NCBI GenBank assembly: GCA_016196035.1
Contig: JACPYM010000070.1
Location: 3,334 to 67,333 of the forward strand
Length of the DNA: 64,000 nucleotides
Direction of reading: 5' to 3'
Origin: Acidobacteriota bacterium
GTDB lineage: Bacteria; Acidobacteriota; Blastocatellia; RBC074
The notes beneath the pieces were generated by a model, which saw only the letters and a list, made by a program, of their open reading frames with translations, was not told where the DNA came from and searched no databases. Shown here one piece after another: positions 8,827 to 17,761 of the stretch. Within the stretch, counting starts at the first letter, position 1. Every line of letters begins with the position of its first letter. A program made the translations under genes and the position numbers.

Positions 8827-11487
8827 CTACAGCTTCACGCCATACTTTTTGAAGTGCTCTTCCCTGGCGCTGTCCACCCAATTTTCACGGCGGATGCGGC
8901 CCTTGAAGTGTTCGAGCTGTTCGTCCACGTAATCAATATCGGCCTCGTTCCAAGCGGCGACCTGTTTGAAAAAGTAGATGCCGAGTTTGTGCAGCAGCTT
9001 TTCCAGCACCGGGCCGACGCCATAAATCAATTTCAGGTCGTCGTATTCGCCGCGTTTGGGTGGAGCTTTACGATAGGTTTCCATCGCGGTATGCGCAGTG
9101 GTTTGTTGAGGCACCGCCGCTTGGGCCGCTTCGAGTTCGCTGAGCCGCAAGCGCAGGCGGCGCAATTCGTCTGCGCTGGTGACGGCGTGGGCGCTGGCCG
9201 TGCCGAGTTCGGCGAGGCGCGCGATGAGTTGCGCGATTTCGCCGTCTTTGGCGCTGAGTGCGGTGTTGAAGTGCGCGGCGCGGGCGTTGAGTGTAGCGTC
9301 GAACTGGCCCGCGCCGGCTTCCAACTCACCGACGCGCCAGCGCAACTTGCCGAGTTCGTCGTCTTTGCCAGCCAGGGCGCGGTTGAATTGAGTTTCGTTT
9401 TCTTTCCAGCGCGCGGCTTGCGCGGCCAGTTGCGTCTCGCGCGCGCTCAATTGTGCGCCCAACGTTTCCAGTTCATTGATGCGGCCCTTGAGCTTGCCGA
9501 TTTCTTCATCGCGATTGCTGACGAAGGCTTCCAACTCGCCGACGCGCCATTTCAGTTTGCCCAGCGTCTCGTCCTTTTCGGCCACGGTGTGTTGGTGGCG
9601 GGTTTCCCATTCGCTCAATTTGGCGTCGCGTTCGGCCAGTTGCGTGCTCAACCGATCCAGGTCGCCCAGGCGCGCGCGCAGTTGCGCCAGTTCGGTTTCG
9701 CGCGCACCGAGGGCGGCGGTTTGTTGCTGCTGCTCGGTCGTCAGCGTGTTGACGCGTTGATGCATCTGGCGGAGTTCGGCGTCTTTCAATTTCAGCGCCT
9801 CGCTCATTTTGGCAAGCTCAGCGCCTTGCGCCGTCAGCGTTGTTTCCAGCGGTTCGAGTTCGGCCAGGCGGCCTTGCAGCACCGCCAAGGCGCCGGCGTG
9901 TTCGGTTCGCGCGGCAGTCAACCGGCTTTGCCATTCCGCAAGTTTGGCATCGCGTTCGGCCACGGCGGCTGTCAACGGTTCGAGTTCAGCGAGGCGGCCC
10001 TTGAGTGCGGACAGTTCGGACGCGCGTTCCGCTTGCGTGACTGTAAAACGGCTTTGCAAATCCGCCGCAAAGGCGCGCACGCCGCGCAATTCGTTCAAGC
10101 GCAGGCTGAGCCGATTGACCTCGGCGTCTTTGGCTTTGCTGGCGTCGGTGAATGCGCGTTTGAGTTGCGCAAGCTCATCATCTTTGGCGGCGGTGGCGGC
10201 GTTCAACTGTTCGGCCAGGCGCGTATGGTTGGCCGCGAGTTCGGCGGCCAGCGCTTGCAGTTCGTTGTCGCGTTCGGCCAGTTGCGCGCTGAGCGGTTCC
10301 AGTTCCTTGACGCGCAATTGCAAGAGCGCAATCGCGGCGTTTTTGTCATGGGCGAGGGCGGACTGATTGTCTTCGTGTTCGGCTAAACGCGCCCGGCTCG
10401 CGGCATCGGCGTGTTCCAATTCGGCCAGCCGCGCGCGCAACCGCGCAATCTCGGCGTCCTTTTCGCCCAGCGCCATTTTGTTGCCCTGTTCGGTATCGCG
10501 CAGTTGGGCTTCCAGTTCGGGCTTCATGGTATCGGCAGCGGCCAGCGCCGCGACGGCCGTGGCCGTGGTGACTTCCAATTCACCCAGGCGCAGTTTGAGC
10601 TTTTGGCTTTCGTTGTCGCGTTCGGCGATGGCGCTGATTTTCTCTTTCTCGAGCGCTTTGTAACGGGTTTCGAGATCGAAGAGTTGGTTATCAGCCTCGC
10701 GCAAACGCTCGTCGCGGACGCTGATTTGTTGCTGCGCATCATCGAGTTGCGTCGCCAATTGCGCGGCGCTGTGTTCCGACGCGCCAAGCCGTTCGTGTAA
10801 TTCGGACGTCGCGGCGGCGTGGGCTTGGGCCGTGGCCGCGAGTTCCGCCGTGAGGCGCGCAATCTCATCGTCTTTGTCTTGAGTGGCGGCGCCAATCTGC
10901 GTTTCGAGGGTTTTCAGCCGCAAATCACGGTCTTTTAATTGCAGCGTGAGCGGCGCCAATTCGGCCACGCGGGCCAGCAGTTTGCTGATTTCACTTTCCT
11001 TGCCGGTCAGCGCGGCTTTGGTCGCATCAAGTTCCGCCGTCAGGCTGGCGGCGGGCGCGGTTTGGGCGGCTTCGACTTTGGCTACGGCCAATTCCGCCGC
11101 CGCTCTGGTTTCAGCCTCTTTCAGTTTGAGCGCCCACTCTGTTTTCAGCCGGTCAAGCTCGGCGCTGTGGGCCTGTAAATCGGCCTTCAATTGTGCCAAT
11201 TCACTCCGGCTGGCATCGAGTTCGGCAAAGACCGTCTCTTTCTCTTTCAGTTGATCGGACGCCTGCGTGAGATCGGTGCGCAACGCGGCCAGGTCGCTTT
11301 GGTGCGTGCGCAATTCGGCGCGCGCGTTTTCCAACTCGCGTTCCGTCGCGCGCAGCTTGGCTTCCCACGCCGGATCAAGCGCCGTCTGTTTTTTGCCGCC
11401 CACCAGCAGGTTCCAGAGCGCGGGCAACAGAAACCCACCCGCGAGCAGGAAGAGCAACGGACAGAGAATGGTATGTAGCGTTTCCAT
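8827..11487 (-). CDS. Membrane-anchored coiled-coil protein, 886 aa, with about 10 tandem ~35-aa repeats and a C-terminal helix-hairpin-helix (HhH)-like domain (DUF4332-like)
   Basis: Single N-terminal TM (ILCPLLFLLAGGFLLPALWNLLV followed by KK). Repeats include KDDELGKLRWRVGELEAG, KDETLGKLKWRVGELEAF, RDEEIGKLKGRINELETL and EKDAEIARLRARLAELEHA. The C-terminus is DDLKLIYGVGPVLEKLLHKLGIYFFKQVAAW. ATG 11487 has an AGGAGA RBS. The 716-aa plus-strand ORF 8236..10386 is its antisense shadow. Confidence 0.8.
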   Translation of the reverse strand: METLHTILCPLLFLLAGGFLLPALWNLLVGGKKQTALDPAWEAKLRATERELENARAELRTHQSDLAALRTDLTQASDQLKEKETVFAELDASRSELAQLKADLQAHSAELDRLKTEWALKLKEAETRAAAELAVAKVEAAQTAPAASLTAELDATKAALTGKESEISKLLARVAELAPLTLQLKDRDLRLKTLETQIGAATQDKDDEIARLTAELAATAQAHAAATSELHERLGASEHSAAQLATQLDDAQQQISVRDERLREADNQLFDLETRYKALEKEKISAIAERDNESQKLKLRLGELEVTTATAVAALAAADTMKPELEAQLRDTEQGNKMALGEKDAEIARLRARLAELEHADAASRARLAEHEDNQSALAHDKNAAIALLQLRVKELEPLSAQLAERDNELQALAAELAANHTRLAEQLNAATAAKDDELAQLKRAFTDASKAKDAEVNRLSLRLNELRGVRAFAADLQSRFTVTQAERASELSALKGRLAELEPLTAAVAERDAKLAEWQSRLTAARTEHAGALAVLQGRLAELEPLETTLTAQGAELAKMSEALKLKDAELRQMHQRVNTLTTEQQQQTAALGARETELAQLRARLGDLDRLSTQLAERDAKLSEWETRHQHTVAEKDETLGKLKWRVGELEAFVSNRDEEIGKLKGRINELETLGAQLSARETQLAAQAARWKENETQFNRALAGKDDELGKLRWRVGELEAGAGQFDATLNARAAHFNTALSAKDGEIAQLIARLAELGTASAHAVTSADELRRLRLRLSELEAAQAAVPQQTTAHTAMETYRKAPPKRGEYDDLKLIYGVGPVLEKLLHKLGIYFFKQVAAWNEADIDYVDEQLEHFKGRIRRENWVDSAREEHFKKYGVKL

Positions 11488-11519
11488 GATTTCGATTTCT
11501 CCTCATTCACACGGTTGGT

Positions 11520-12458
11520 TTAACGCGGTTGGGGCGTGCCGGATTGGAGCGCGCCGCTGGCATTGCCGCTCAGGATGCGAAATTCGATGCGGCGATTGCG
11601 TTGCTTGCCGGTTTCATTGGCGTTGTCAGCGATGGGTTGGGTCGGGCCATAACCTTTGGCGCTCAACCGGTCGGCGCCGATGCCCTGCGCGGTCAGAAAC
11701 TTTTTGACCGCGTTGGCGCGGGCCAGACTCAGCGCGTTATTCGACGCGGCATTGCCAACGTTGTCAGTGTGGCCGCCGATTTCGACTTTGACATCGGAGA
11801 CGGCTTTGAGTGCGGCGGCGGCTTCGGTCAGAGTGCTGATGCTGGCCGTGGAAAGGTCGGCTTTGCCGGTGGCGAATTCGATGCCTTTGAGCAAAATCCT
11901 ATTCAGGTTGCTCTGCGCTTGCAGTTGCCCTTCGTTCAGCCGATTGCCCGCGAGCGTCGTCAGGTCATTGAGTTTGACCGACCCGGGCAACAACGCTGTG
12001 ACCTCTTGCAACACGGCGCTGCGCGCCGGCTGATCGGGCAACACGCCACGCACCGTTACCTCATCGGTCAACAACGCCAGCGCGCCTTCCGCGCCCAGCT
12101 TTTTCGGAATCGGCAACAACCCCAACGCCCAATCCAACCAGCCCGCGCCCGTCTGCACTTGGCCCCCGCCAGGGCCGCCGGCGCGCAACGTGTTGTCGGT
12201 GAAACCATCCGCGCCATAGATTTCTTTGGCGCGCGCCAACAGGCGATTTTTGGCGTCTTCGTTGGGCACAACACCGTTGAGCACCAGCTTGCCGCCTTGC
12301 ATCCTGGCCTCAAATGAAGCTGGCACAGTGGCCAGCGTGGCCGCCGGGGTGGTGACAGCCGCTCCCGTCAAAGTGGTTGCCGGGCGGTGCGAACAGCAAT
12401 ACCAAGAGGCAATCACCAAGAGCAATGCACCGATAATCAGTCTGACCAAATCACTCAT
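11520..12458 (-). CDS. OmpA/MotB-family peptidoglycan-binding protein with an N-terminal membrane anchor and BON-like region
   Basis: The C-terminus carries the OmpA_C signature (VEIGGHTDNVGNAASNNALSLARANAVKKFLTAQGIGADRLSAKGYGPTQPIADNANETGKQRNRRIEF). ATG 12458 has an AAGGAG RBS. It lies 32 bp upstream of the coiled-coil gene, so the two are likely co-transcribed. Confidence 0.85.
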   Translation of the reverse strand: MSDLVRLIIGALLLVIASWYCCSHRPATTLTGAAVTTPAATLATVPASFEARMQGGKLVLNGVVPNEDAKNRLLARAKEIYGADGFTDNTLRAGGPGGGQVQTGAGWLDWALGLLPIPKKLGAEGALALLTDEVTVRGVLPDQPARSAVLQEVTALLPGSVKLNDLTTLAGNRLNEGQLQAQSNLNRILLKGIEFATGKADLSTASISTLTEAAAALKAVSDVKVEIGGHTDNVGNAASNNALSLARANAVKKFLTAQGIGADRLSAKGYGPTQPIADNANETGKQRNRRIEFRILSGNASGALQSGTPQPR

Positions 12459-12666
12459 CTCAGCGCTCCTTGCAGAATGGATAATGGATTAAGCTCGCCG
12501 CAGTTCAAAGCGGGGCTGGCAAGCTGCTACCAAGCCGCTTCGCTGTGACGCACGGTCACGAGTTCATCAGGTCTGACCCGGTTGGGGCCAGCCCTGACAT
12601 AAATTGAATACGTAGAGCGGTGTGGGGTTCGTGTTGGGGGGAGAAAACGGATACCGGACTCGGCGT

Positions 12667-12720
12667 CCTGCTCGTCTTGTAAAGCCTGCTCGTCTTGTAA
12701 AGCCTGCTCGTCTTGTAATG
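12667..12720. repeat. Three tandem copies of an 18-bp unit (cctgctcgtcttgtaaag)
   Basis: Read directly. It sits in the 426-bp intergenic region upstream of the OmpA/coiled-coil operon, ~210 bp from ATG 12458. Confidence 0.85.
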
Positions 12721-12884
12721 ATGGAAGGGATGATTCGTTTACCGCTGCGTTACCGAGTCGAGCGGCGTGATTATACGCAGATCAACCCCATGACAATAGG
12801 CCCTAGAGGGTGAGTGCCGGACATTTATCTTGTGCCAGCCGGGCGTGGAATTTATTTCAACTAGGCCATCTTTTGTGCCAACCG

Positions 12885-14093
12885 CTAAGGCGGGCTGAGA
12901 TATTTTTTCAGCAGGCGCAGGGGGCGCAAGAAGGCGTACAGAAAGGCCCAGTTACCGGGCAACGGCTGAAATTCCCAATCGCCGATATTCGGCGCGGTCA
13001 CCAGGCGCAACAGGTAGCGCAGGCGCGCGGGCCAGCTTTGTTGCAGTTGAAAGAAGTAGCGAAACTGGCTTTGCATGCCGGTGGCGGCGGGCTGTTGAGA
13101 AAGCATTTGCGTGACCGTCGCCGCGCCCAGCCGCAACAGCGCTTGATCTTGTGTGAGTTGCTGAATAATCCCGGCGGGTAAAGGCGCATCGAGCAAACCA
13201 TGCGCGAGCAAGAGACCCAACCGCGTGACGCGCTCCACCTGACGCTGGCGCGCGCTGGACAACAAGGACTCCCATTGCCAATCGTCACGGCTGGCCAGCA
13301 ACCGCGCAATGTCTAGGACACCGTTCAGGTGCGGCCAGCAATGTTTGGCGCCATGCGCGCACAGGTATAAAAGCAAATCCTCCGGCCCCAGGGTAGGCAG
13401 GGCCTTGCCGCCAGGTTTGACGGTGATCAGCCGCTCGCGCATTTCGGCAAAGTTGAACCCGAAGCCCAGATAGCGCGGAAACAATGCCCAATGCAGTTCG
13501 ACCATGATCCCGCTCGCGCGGCTGAAAAATTCCAACGTATAGGTAACGTCTAAAAACCGCGGGTCTTGTGAAGCCTGCCAATCCAGGTGCAACTCGTAAC
13601 CTCTAGCGCGCAACATGGTGCTGGCCTGGGCGACCGCGCGACGATCCACCAGCAAATCCAAATCGCCAAACGAACGCCACGAGAGTTCCGCGCCCGCCAA
13701 CGCCGCCAACGTCGGCCCTTTGAACGGAATCGCCTCGATGCCGTGCTCCGCCAACAGTCCACAAAGGGCGAACAACTCGCCGGTCATCCGCAAATTGCGC
13801 AGCATGTTTTGCTGCCGCAGTTGGCGCAACTCCTCCACGACTGCTGCCGGCGCAGGTGTCATGCCCGGCGTTTCCAACCACTGGCACAACTGCGCCGTGA
13901 CGCCCTGCCGCCGCGCTTCGGCCAGCACTTTGTCCCAAGCGAGAGAAGGCAAGGCGTCATTCCACACGCTGGCAGGCTGGGCAGTTCCAACACGCGCGGC
14001 GGTGAGCAAAAGCTGCGTTTCCAGCGCGAATGTTTCGGCCCGCACCCAGGCGGGCCAAGGGGAATTTGGCATGAGTTTCTGCGACACCGTCAA
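12885..14093 (-). CDS. Uncharacterised nucleotidyltransferase-family protein (NTP_transf_5/PF14907-like)
   Basis: The FGDLDLLV motif sits in an ~400-aa soluble protein of the kind often found beside polysaccharide or RiPP loci. The start is ambiguous: TTG at 14093 or ATG at 14072. Confidence 0.5.
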   Translation of the reverse strand: MTVSQKLMPNSPWPAWVRAETFALETQLLLTAARVGTAQPASVWNDALPSLAWDKVLAEARRQGVTAQLCQWLETPGMTPAPAAVVEELRQLRQQNMLRNLRMTGELFALCGLLAEHGIEAIPFKGPTLAALAGAELSWRSFGDLDLLVDRRAVAQASTMLRARGYELHLDWQASQDPRFLDVTYTLEFFSRASGIMVELHWALFPRYLGFGFNFAEMRERLITVKPGGKALPTLGPEDLLLYLCAHGAKHCWPHLNGVLDIARLLASRDDWQWESLLSSARQRQVERVTRLGLLLAHGLLDAPLPAGIIQQLTQDQALLRLGAATVTQMLSQQPAATGMQSQFRYFFQLQQSWPARLRYLLRLVTAPNIGDWEFQPLPGNWAFLYAFLRPLRLLKKYLSPP

Positions 14094-14140
14094 TGCACCT
14101 CGCTCAAACCATGTTAGGACTTACGCAACAGCCGGAAACT

Positions 14141-14217
14141 TTGCCACAGAGACATGGTGACACAGAGCCAGAGAGAGAGTTTTCCGGTCTTGCAAGGCCT
14201 CCGTGCCTCTGTGGCAA
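14141..14217. repeat. Copy 1 of an ~80-bp TIR element (ttgccacagag ... ctctgtggcaa)
   Basis: An 11-bp perfect terminal inverted repeat. The internal motifs gacacagagc, ttttc.g and ccgtctt...gtgc are shared with 46875-46959. It lies just downstream of the last gene of the polysaccharide cluster. Confidence 0.6.
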
Positions 14218-14302
14218 TGCTTCTGCACAGCAGGCGCTGAATACACAAACAGCGGCAAGCCAATCAAATTGGCTTGCCGCTGCCTCAGACTGCCGTGCCG
14301 TT

Positions 14303-15952
14303 TTAGCTGCGCGAAAACGAGAATTGCGCCGTCTTGGCCTGCACGGGCTGGCGTTCGATGGCGGTTTGGTCAAGGGTTTCCAAGCGGGAGATCGCGGCGC
14401 TCAGTTCATCGCGCAACTCGCCACAGACCTTGGTCAAATCCACCGCCAAATCGCCCGCCATCACGTGGCGGAAAAACGTCACGGCCCCTAACGAATGCCC
14501 CTTGGCACTTGCCAGCGGCACGCGCAATGACCAGAAATGCGGCGAAGCCAGCACCTCGGCCAATTCGATTTTTTCGCTCTGCCAGTTCCAGCTCCATTCC
14601 ACGCGGTTGGCCACGCGGTTGGGAGCGGGGCGCGTGGGCAGGTGCACGGTGCTGGCGGCTGAGCCATTGCTAAAGGCGTTCTGGTTCGCCGCGTCAGCAC
14701 CGAAATTGGCGCGTGCCGGGCGGTGGTGCACTTCCAACAGCACACAATCGAATTCGCTGGTGGTAAAGAGTTGATTCAAGACGCTGGACAATTCGTCGAA
14801 ATTAGCCACCTGTTGCAAGTCGGTGGCCGCGTGCTGAATTTGCAAATCCACCGCCAGCGCCCGGTGACGAATGCGCATACCGCGCCGCAACTGCTGCCCC
14901 AACGCGCCGAATTCCTCGTAGCGCAAATGTTGCACGCCGAGCACGATGCAGACCCCCAAAATGCCAAACACCAGCGCAATGTTATTGCGTCCGGGGTTGA
15001 GCAACATAATGCCAAAGAGCGAAAAAAGCGCGCACACCGCATACAACAAAATCGCCGCCTGGCGTTGATTCAAGCCGCGCGCCAGCAACATGTGATGGAT
15101 GTGCCGCCGGTCGCTTTGGAAAACCGGCGCCCCGCTGGCCAGACGGCGCGTCATGGAAAGACCAACCTCCATAATGGGCAAGCCAAAGGAAACCAGCGGA
15201 ATGGCGACCGCAATCAGCGTCGAACTCTTTTGCGCGCTGACCAGCGAAAGCGCCGCGCACATAAAGCCCAAAAAGAGACTGCCTGAGTCCCCCAAAAAGA
15301 TCGAAGCCGGATTGAAGTTGAAACGCAAAAAGCCCATCACCGCGCCCGCGATGATCAAACTCACCACGCAAATTTCCACATGCCCCTGTAGCAGCGAGGT
15401 GACAAACAACGACAACATCGCAAAGACCGCCGCGCCCGCCGCCAACCCATCAATGCCATCAATCAAATTGAAAGCATTGGTGATGCCCACCACCCACAAC
15501 GCCGTCAGCGGAAAACTCAGCCACAACGGAAATTCCCAATACGTGGCAAACGGCAGCGACAGCGCGTTGATGCCGAAGCCTTGCCAATAAAGGATCGCCG
15601 CGGCCAGCACCTGCACGCTGGTTTTTATCCAGGCATTCAAGCCGTGAAAATCGTCATAGACACCTAACAGGAAAATGATCGTGGCCGGTAATAACAGCGC
15701 CTCCAGACTCTGCCAGCGCTCACCGAAGCCCTGGCTGACGAGATTGTTCAGTAGCGGCACACAAGCGAGGGTCACGGCGAAGGAGAAGAAAATTCCCAGG
15801 CCGCCCAGCCGTGCCATGGGCTGCTTGTGAATGCGCCGTTGGTGGTCTGGCAGATCCACCGCGCCCCATTGCAGCGCCAATTTCCGCACCAGGGGCGTCA
15901 AAAGCAAAGTCGTAACAAGTGGAAATGTGAATAGCAGAAAGTAAGATTTCAT
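14303..15952 (-). CDS. MraY/WecA-family (GT4 superfamily) undecaprenyl-phosphate sugar-1-phosphate transferase fused to a ~200-aa cytoplasmic C-terminal extension with GAF-like features
   Basis: Family motifs VYDDFHGLNAWIK, NAFNLIDGIDGLAAG and FLGDSGSLFLG sit in ~11 TM helices through about residue 340. A soluble tail follows (...LLEVHH...WSLRVPLASAKGHSLGAVTFFRH...). ATG is at 15952. Confidence 0.8.
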   Translation of the reverse strand: MKSYFLLFTFPLVTTLLLTPLVRKLALQWGAVDLPDHQRRIHKQPMARLGGLGIFFSFAVTLACVPLLNNLVSQGFGERWQSLEALLLPATIIFLLGVYDDFHGLNAWIKTSVQVLAAAILYWQGFGINALSLPFATYWEFPLWLSFPLTALWVVGITNAFNLIDGIDGLAAGAAVFAMLSLFVTSLLQGHVEICVVSLIIAGAVMGFLRFNFNPASIFLGDSGSLFLGFMCAALSLVSAQKSSTLIAVAIPLVSFGLPIMEVGLSMTRRLASGAPVFQSDRRHIHHMLLARGLNQRQAAILLYAVCALFSLFGIMLLNPGRNNIALVFGILGVCIVLGVQHLRYEEFGALGQQLRRGMRIRHRALAVDLQIQHAATDLQQVANFDELSSVLNQLFTTSEFDCVLLEVHHRPARANFGADAANQNAFSNGSAASTVHLPTRPAPNRVANRVEWSWNWQSEKIELAEVLASPHFWSLRVPLASAKGHSLGAVTFFRHVMAGDLAVDLTKVCGELRDELSAAISRLETLDQTAIERQPVQAKTAQFSFSRS

Positions 15953-16055
15953 CGCTCACCTTCGTCCGGGTAAAAGGTCGGGTTATCAAGCACAGCCAAA
16001 TTGTCAGCGCCCAGCCGAACAACTCCGGCTGACGGAAGAGGAGGCAGGGTCAAGC

Positions 16056-17393
16056 TCAGGCCACCGGGTCTTTGAGATTGACGGTTTTGAGTGAGGAATA
16101 ATCGTTTAACGCCGCGCCAGTGCTTTGCTGGCTGCGGGAAGTACATAAAGCGAAACTGCGTAAATAAGCCTGTACTGCGTGCGGACGGTCATAGTATTGC
16201 TCAAAGACCTGGCGTGCCCGCAGCCCCATCTCGGCCAACAGGGATTGATCGCTCGCCCAAGCTAAAAGCGTTTGCGCCAGCGCCGCGCTCTCGCCGCAGC
16301 CCAGCGCCGCGCCACATTGATGCCGCTTGATCAACGCGGCGCTGCTGCTGCGCTCATCACCGACGAAGAGTAAAGGACGGCCCGCCGCCAGGCTGCTGTA
16401 TGTCTTGCTCGGCACGCTCAACCCCGCCAGCCCCTGGCCCAACGTAATCAGCAACGCATCGCCGGCACTCAAAGAGCGCCGCACTTCCGCGCGCGGTTGA
16501 TAGGGCAACATCACGATGTTGTTGAGTTGATGCTGTTCAACAAAGCCGGCGGTCTCAGCACTGCGCGCGCCCGCGCCGATAAAGACAAAGGCGATGTCAG
16601 AACGCGCATTCAACAACCGGGCCGCTTCCAGCACGGTCGTAAACTCATTGACCAGCCCCAGATTGCCACTAAACAGGATCACCAGTTTATCGCCCAGTTC
16701 GGGCAAGCCGCGTTCCCGCCAGAAGCGCGCTTTATCATTGGCAAGCGGCGCGATTTCGCGGCCATCCGCCCAATTGTGAATCACATCAATGCGCGCGCGC
16801 GCCGCCTCACGCGCCGCCGCGCCGGAAGCTGGCTCAATTTTGGCCAGCACACGTTCGAGCATGCAATCGCTGAGCACGATCACGCGGTCGGCCTGCCGCA
16901 ACATCAAACAGGCCATCCAATCCAGCAGCCGCGTGATCAAACCATCGGCGGGCAAGGCGCCCAAGGCGACGGCGACATCGGGATACATGTCTTCCTGTAA
17001 GGCAATAAACCGCAGCCCGCGCCAGCGGCCCACCAGCCAAGCCACTAACCCGATCAACGGCGGAGTCGTCAGCGCCATCACGATGGTTTCTTCAGCCGTA
17101 TCGCGCGGCAGCCGCAACAAGCGCCAGCAAGCGCCGAGGTAAAACGTCACATAATCGGTCAGCCGTCCCAGTAAATTCCGTTTGCCAAAACTGGTGGCCC
17201 ACACACGTTCGATGCGCACGCCGCGATGCACCTCGTGTTTCGCATACGCCCTCCCGCCGTTGTAGGAACCCTGGCTGGCGATGCTTGTGACCTTGATCCC
17301 GTGCCGTACCAAATCTTCGGCCAACGCCGTCATCAATTGGCTGGTCGCCGAATGATCGGGATAGAAAAATTGGTTCAGGATTATGAGGTGCAT
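16056..17393 (-). CDS. Glycosyltransferase family 4 (WcaI/WbuB-like)
   Basis: N-terminus ILNQFFYPDHSATSQLMTALAEDL, with the EX7E-type C-terminal domain. I prefer ATG at 17393 (AGGAG 9 nt upstream) over the GTG at 17399. Confidence 0.8.
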   Translation of the reverse strand: MHLIILNQFFYPDHSATSQLMTALAEDLVRHGIKVTSIASQGSYNGGRAYAKHEVHRGVRIERVWATSFGKRNLLGRLTDYVTFYLGACWRLLRLPRDTAEETIVMALTTPPLIGLVAWLVGRWRGLRFIALQEDMYPDVAVALGALPADGLITRLLDWMACLMLRQADRVIVLSDCMLERVLAKIEPASGAAAREAARARIDVIHNWADGREIAPLANDKARFWRERGLPELGDKLVILFSGNLGLVNEFTTVLEAARLLNARSDIAFVFIGAGARSAETAGFVEQHQLNNIVMLPYQPRAEVRRSLSAGDALLITLGQGLAGLSVPSKTYSSLAAGRPLLFVGDERSSSAALIKRHQCGAALGCGESAALAQTLLAWASDQSLLAEMGLRARQVFEQYYDRPHAVQAYLRSFALCTSRSQQSTGAALNDYSSLKTVNLKDPVA

Positions 17394-17761
17394 GGACACA
17401 TCCTCTGACAGTCAGTTTTCAGCGTTGCTTGGGTCATCACCATACCGGTGCGTTCACTGTGCCAGGTGTCTCACGGGGCTAAGCGATAAGTTGGTAATCT
17501 TGATGGTTCGATGAATACTCAGTTCTCGAACCATTTCGGGGAGCTTCAACAGTGTCTATTGGGGGTTTCCAGACGCCCAAACCTGAAGCAAGTGAGGATG
17601 CAGATTCAGGTTATCCGAGTCGGCGGCAGAGTAGCATAAGGGTCGCAAATTATCCTAGCGAATTGTTGTTCAAAGCAGCGCCCAAGACGGCTGCTTTACT
17701 GCATACACCACGCGCGGCTGCCTTGCTGACGCGCCCGCCCTGAACGCACTGGCAAGGCGCT

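Noticed and set aside
8236-10386. 716-aa plus-strand ORF
   Set aside because: It is antisense to the 886-aa coiled-coil gene. The product is low-complexity (Ala/Gly/Arg/Phe-rich), with no RBS and no plausible start context. It is a typical shadow ORF of a GC-rich repetitive gene.
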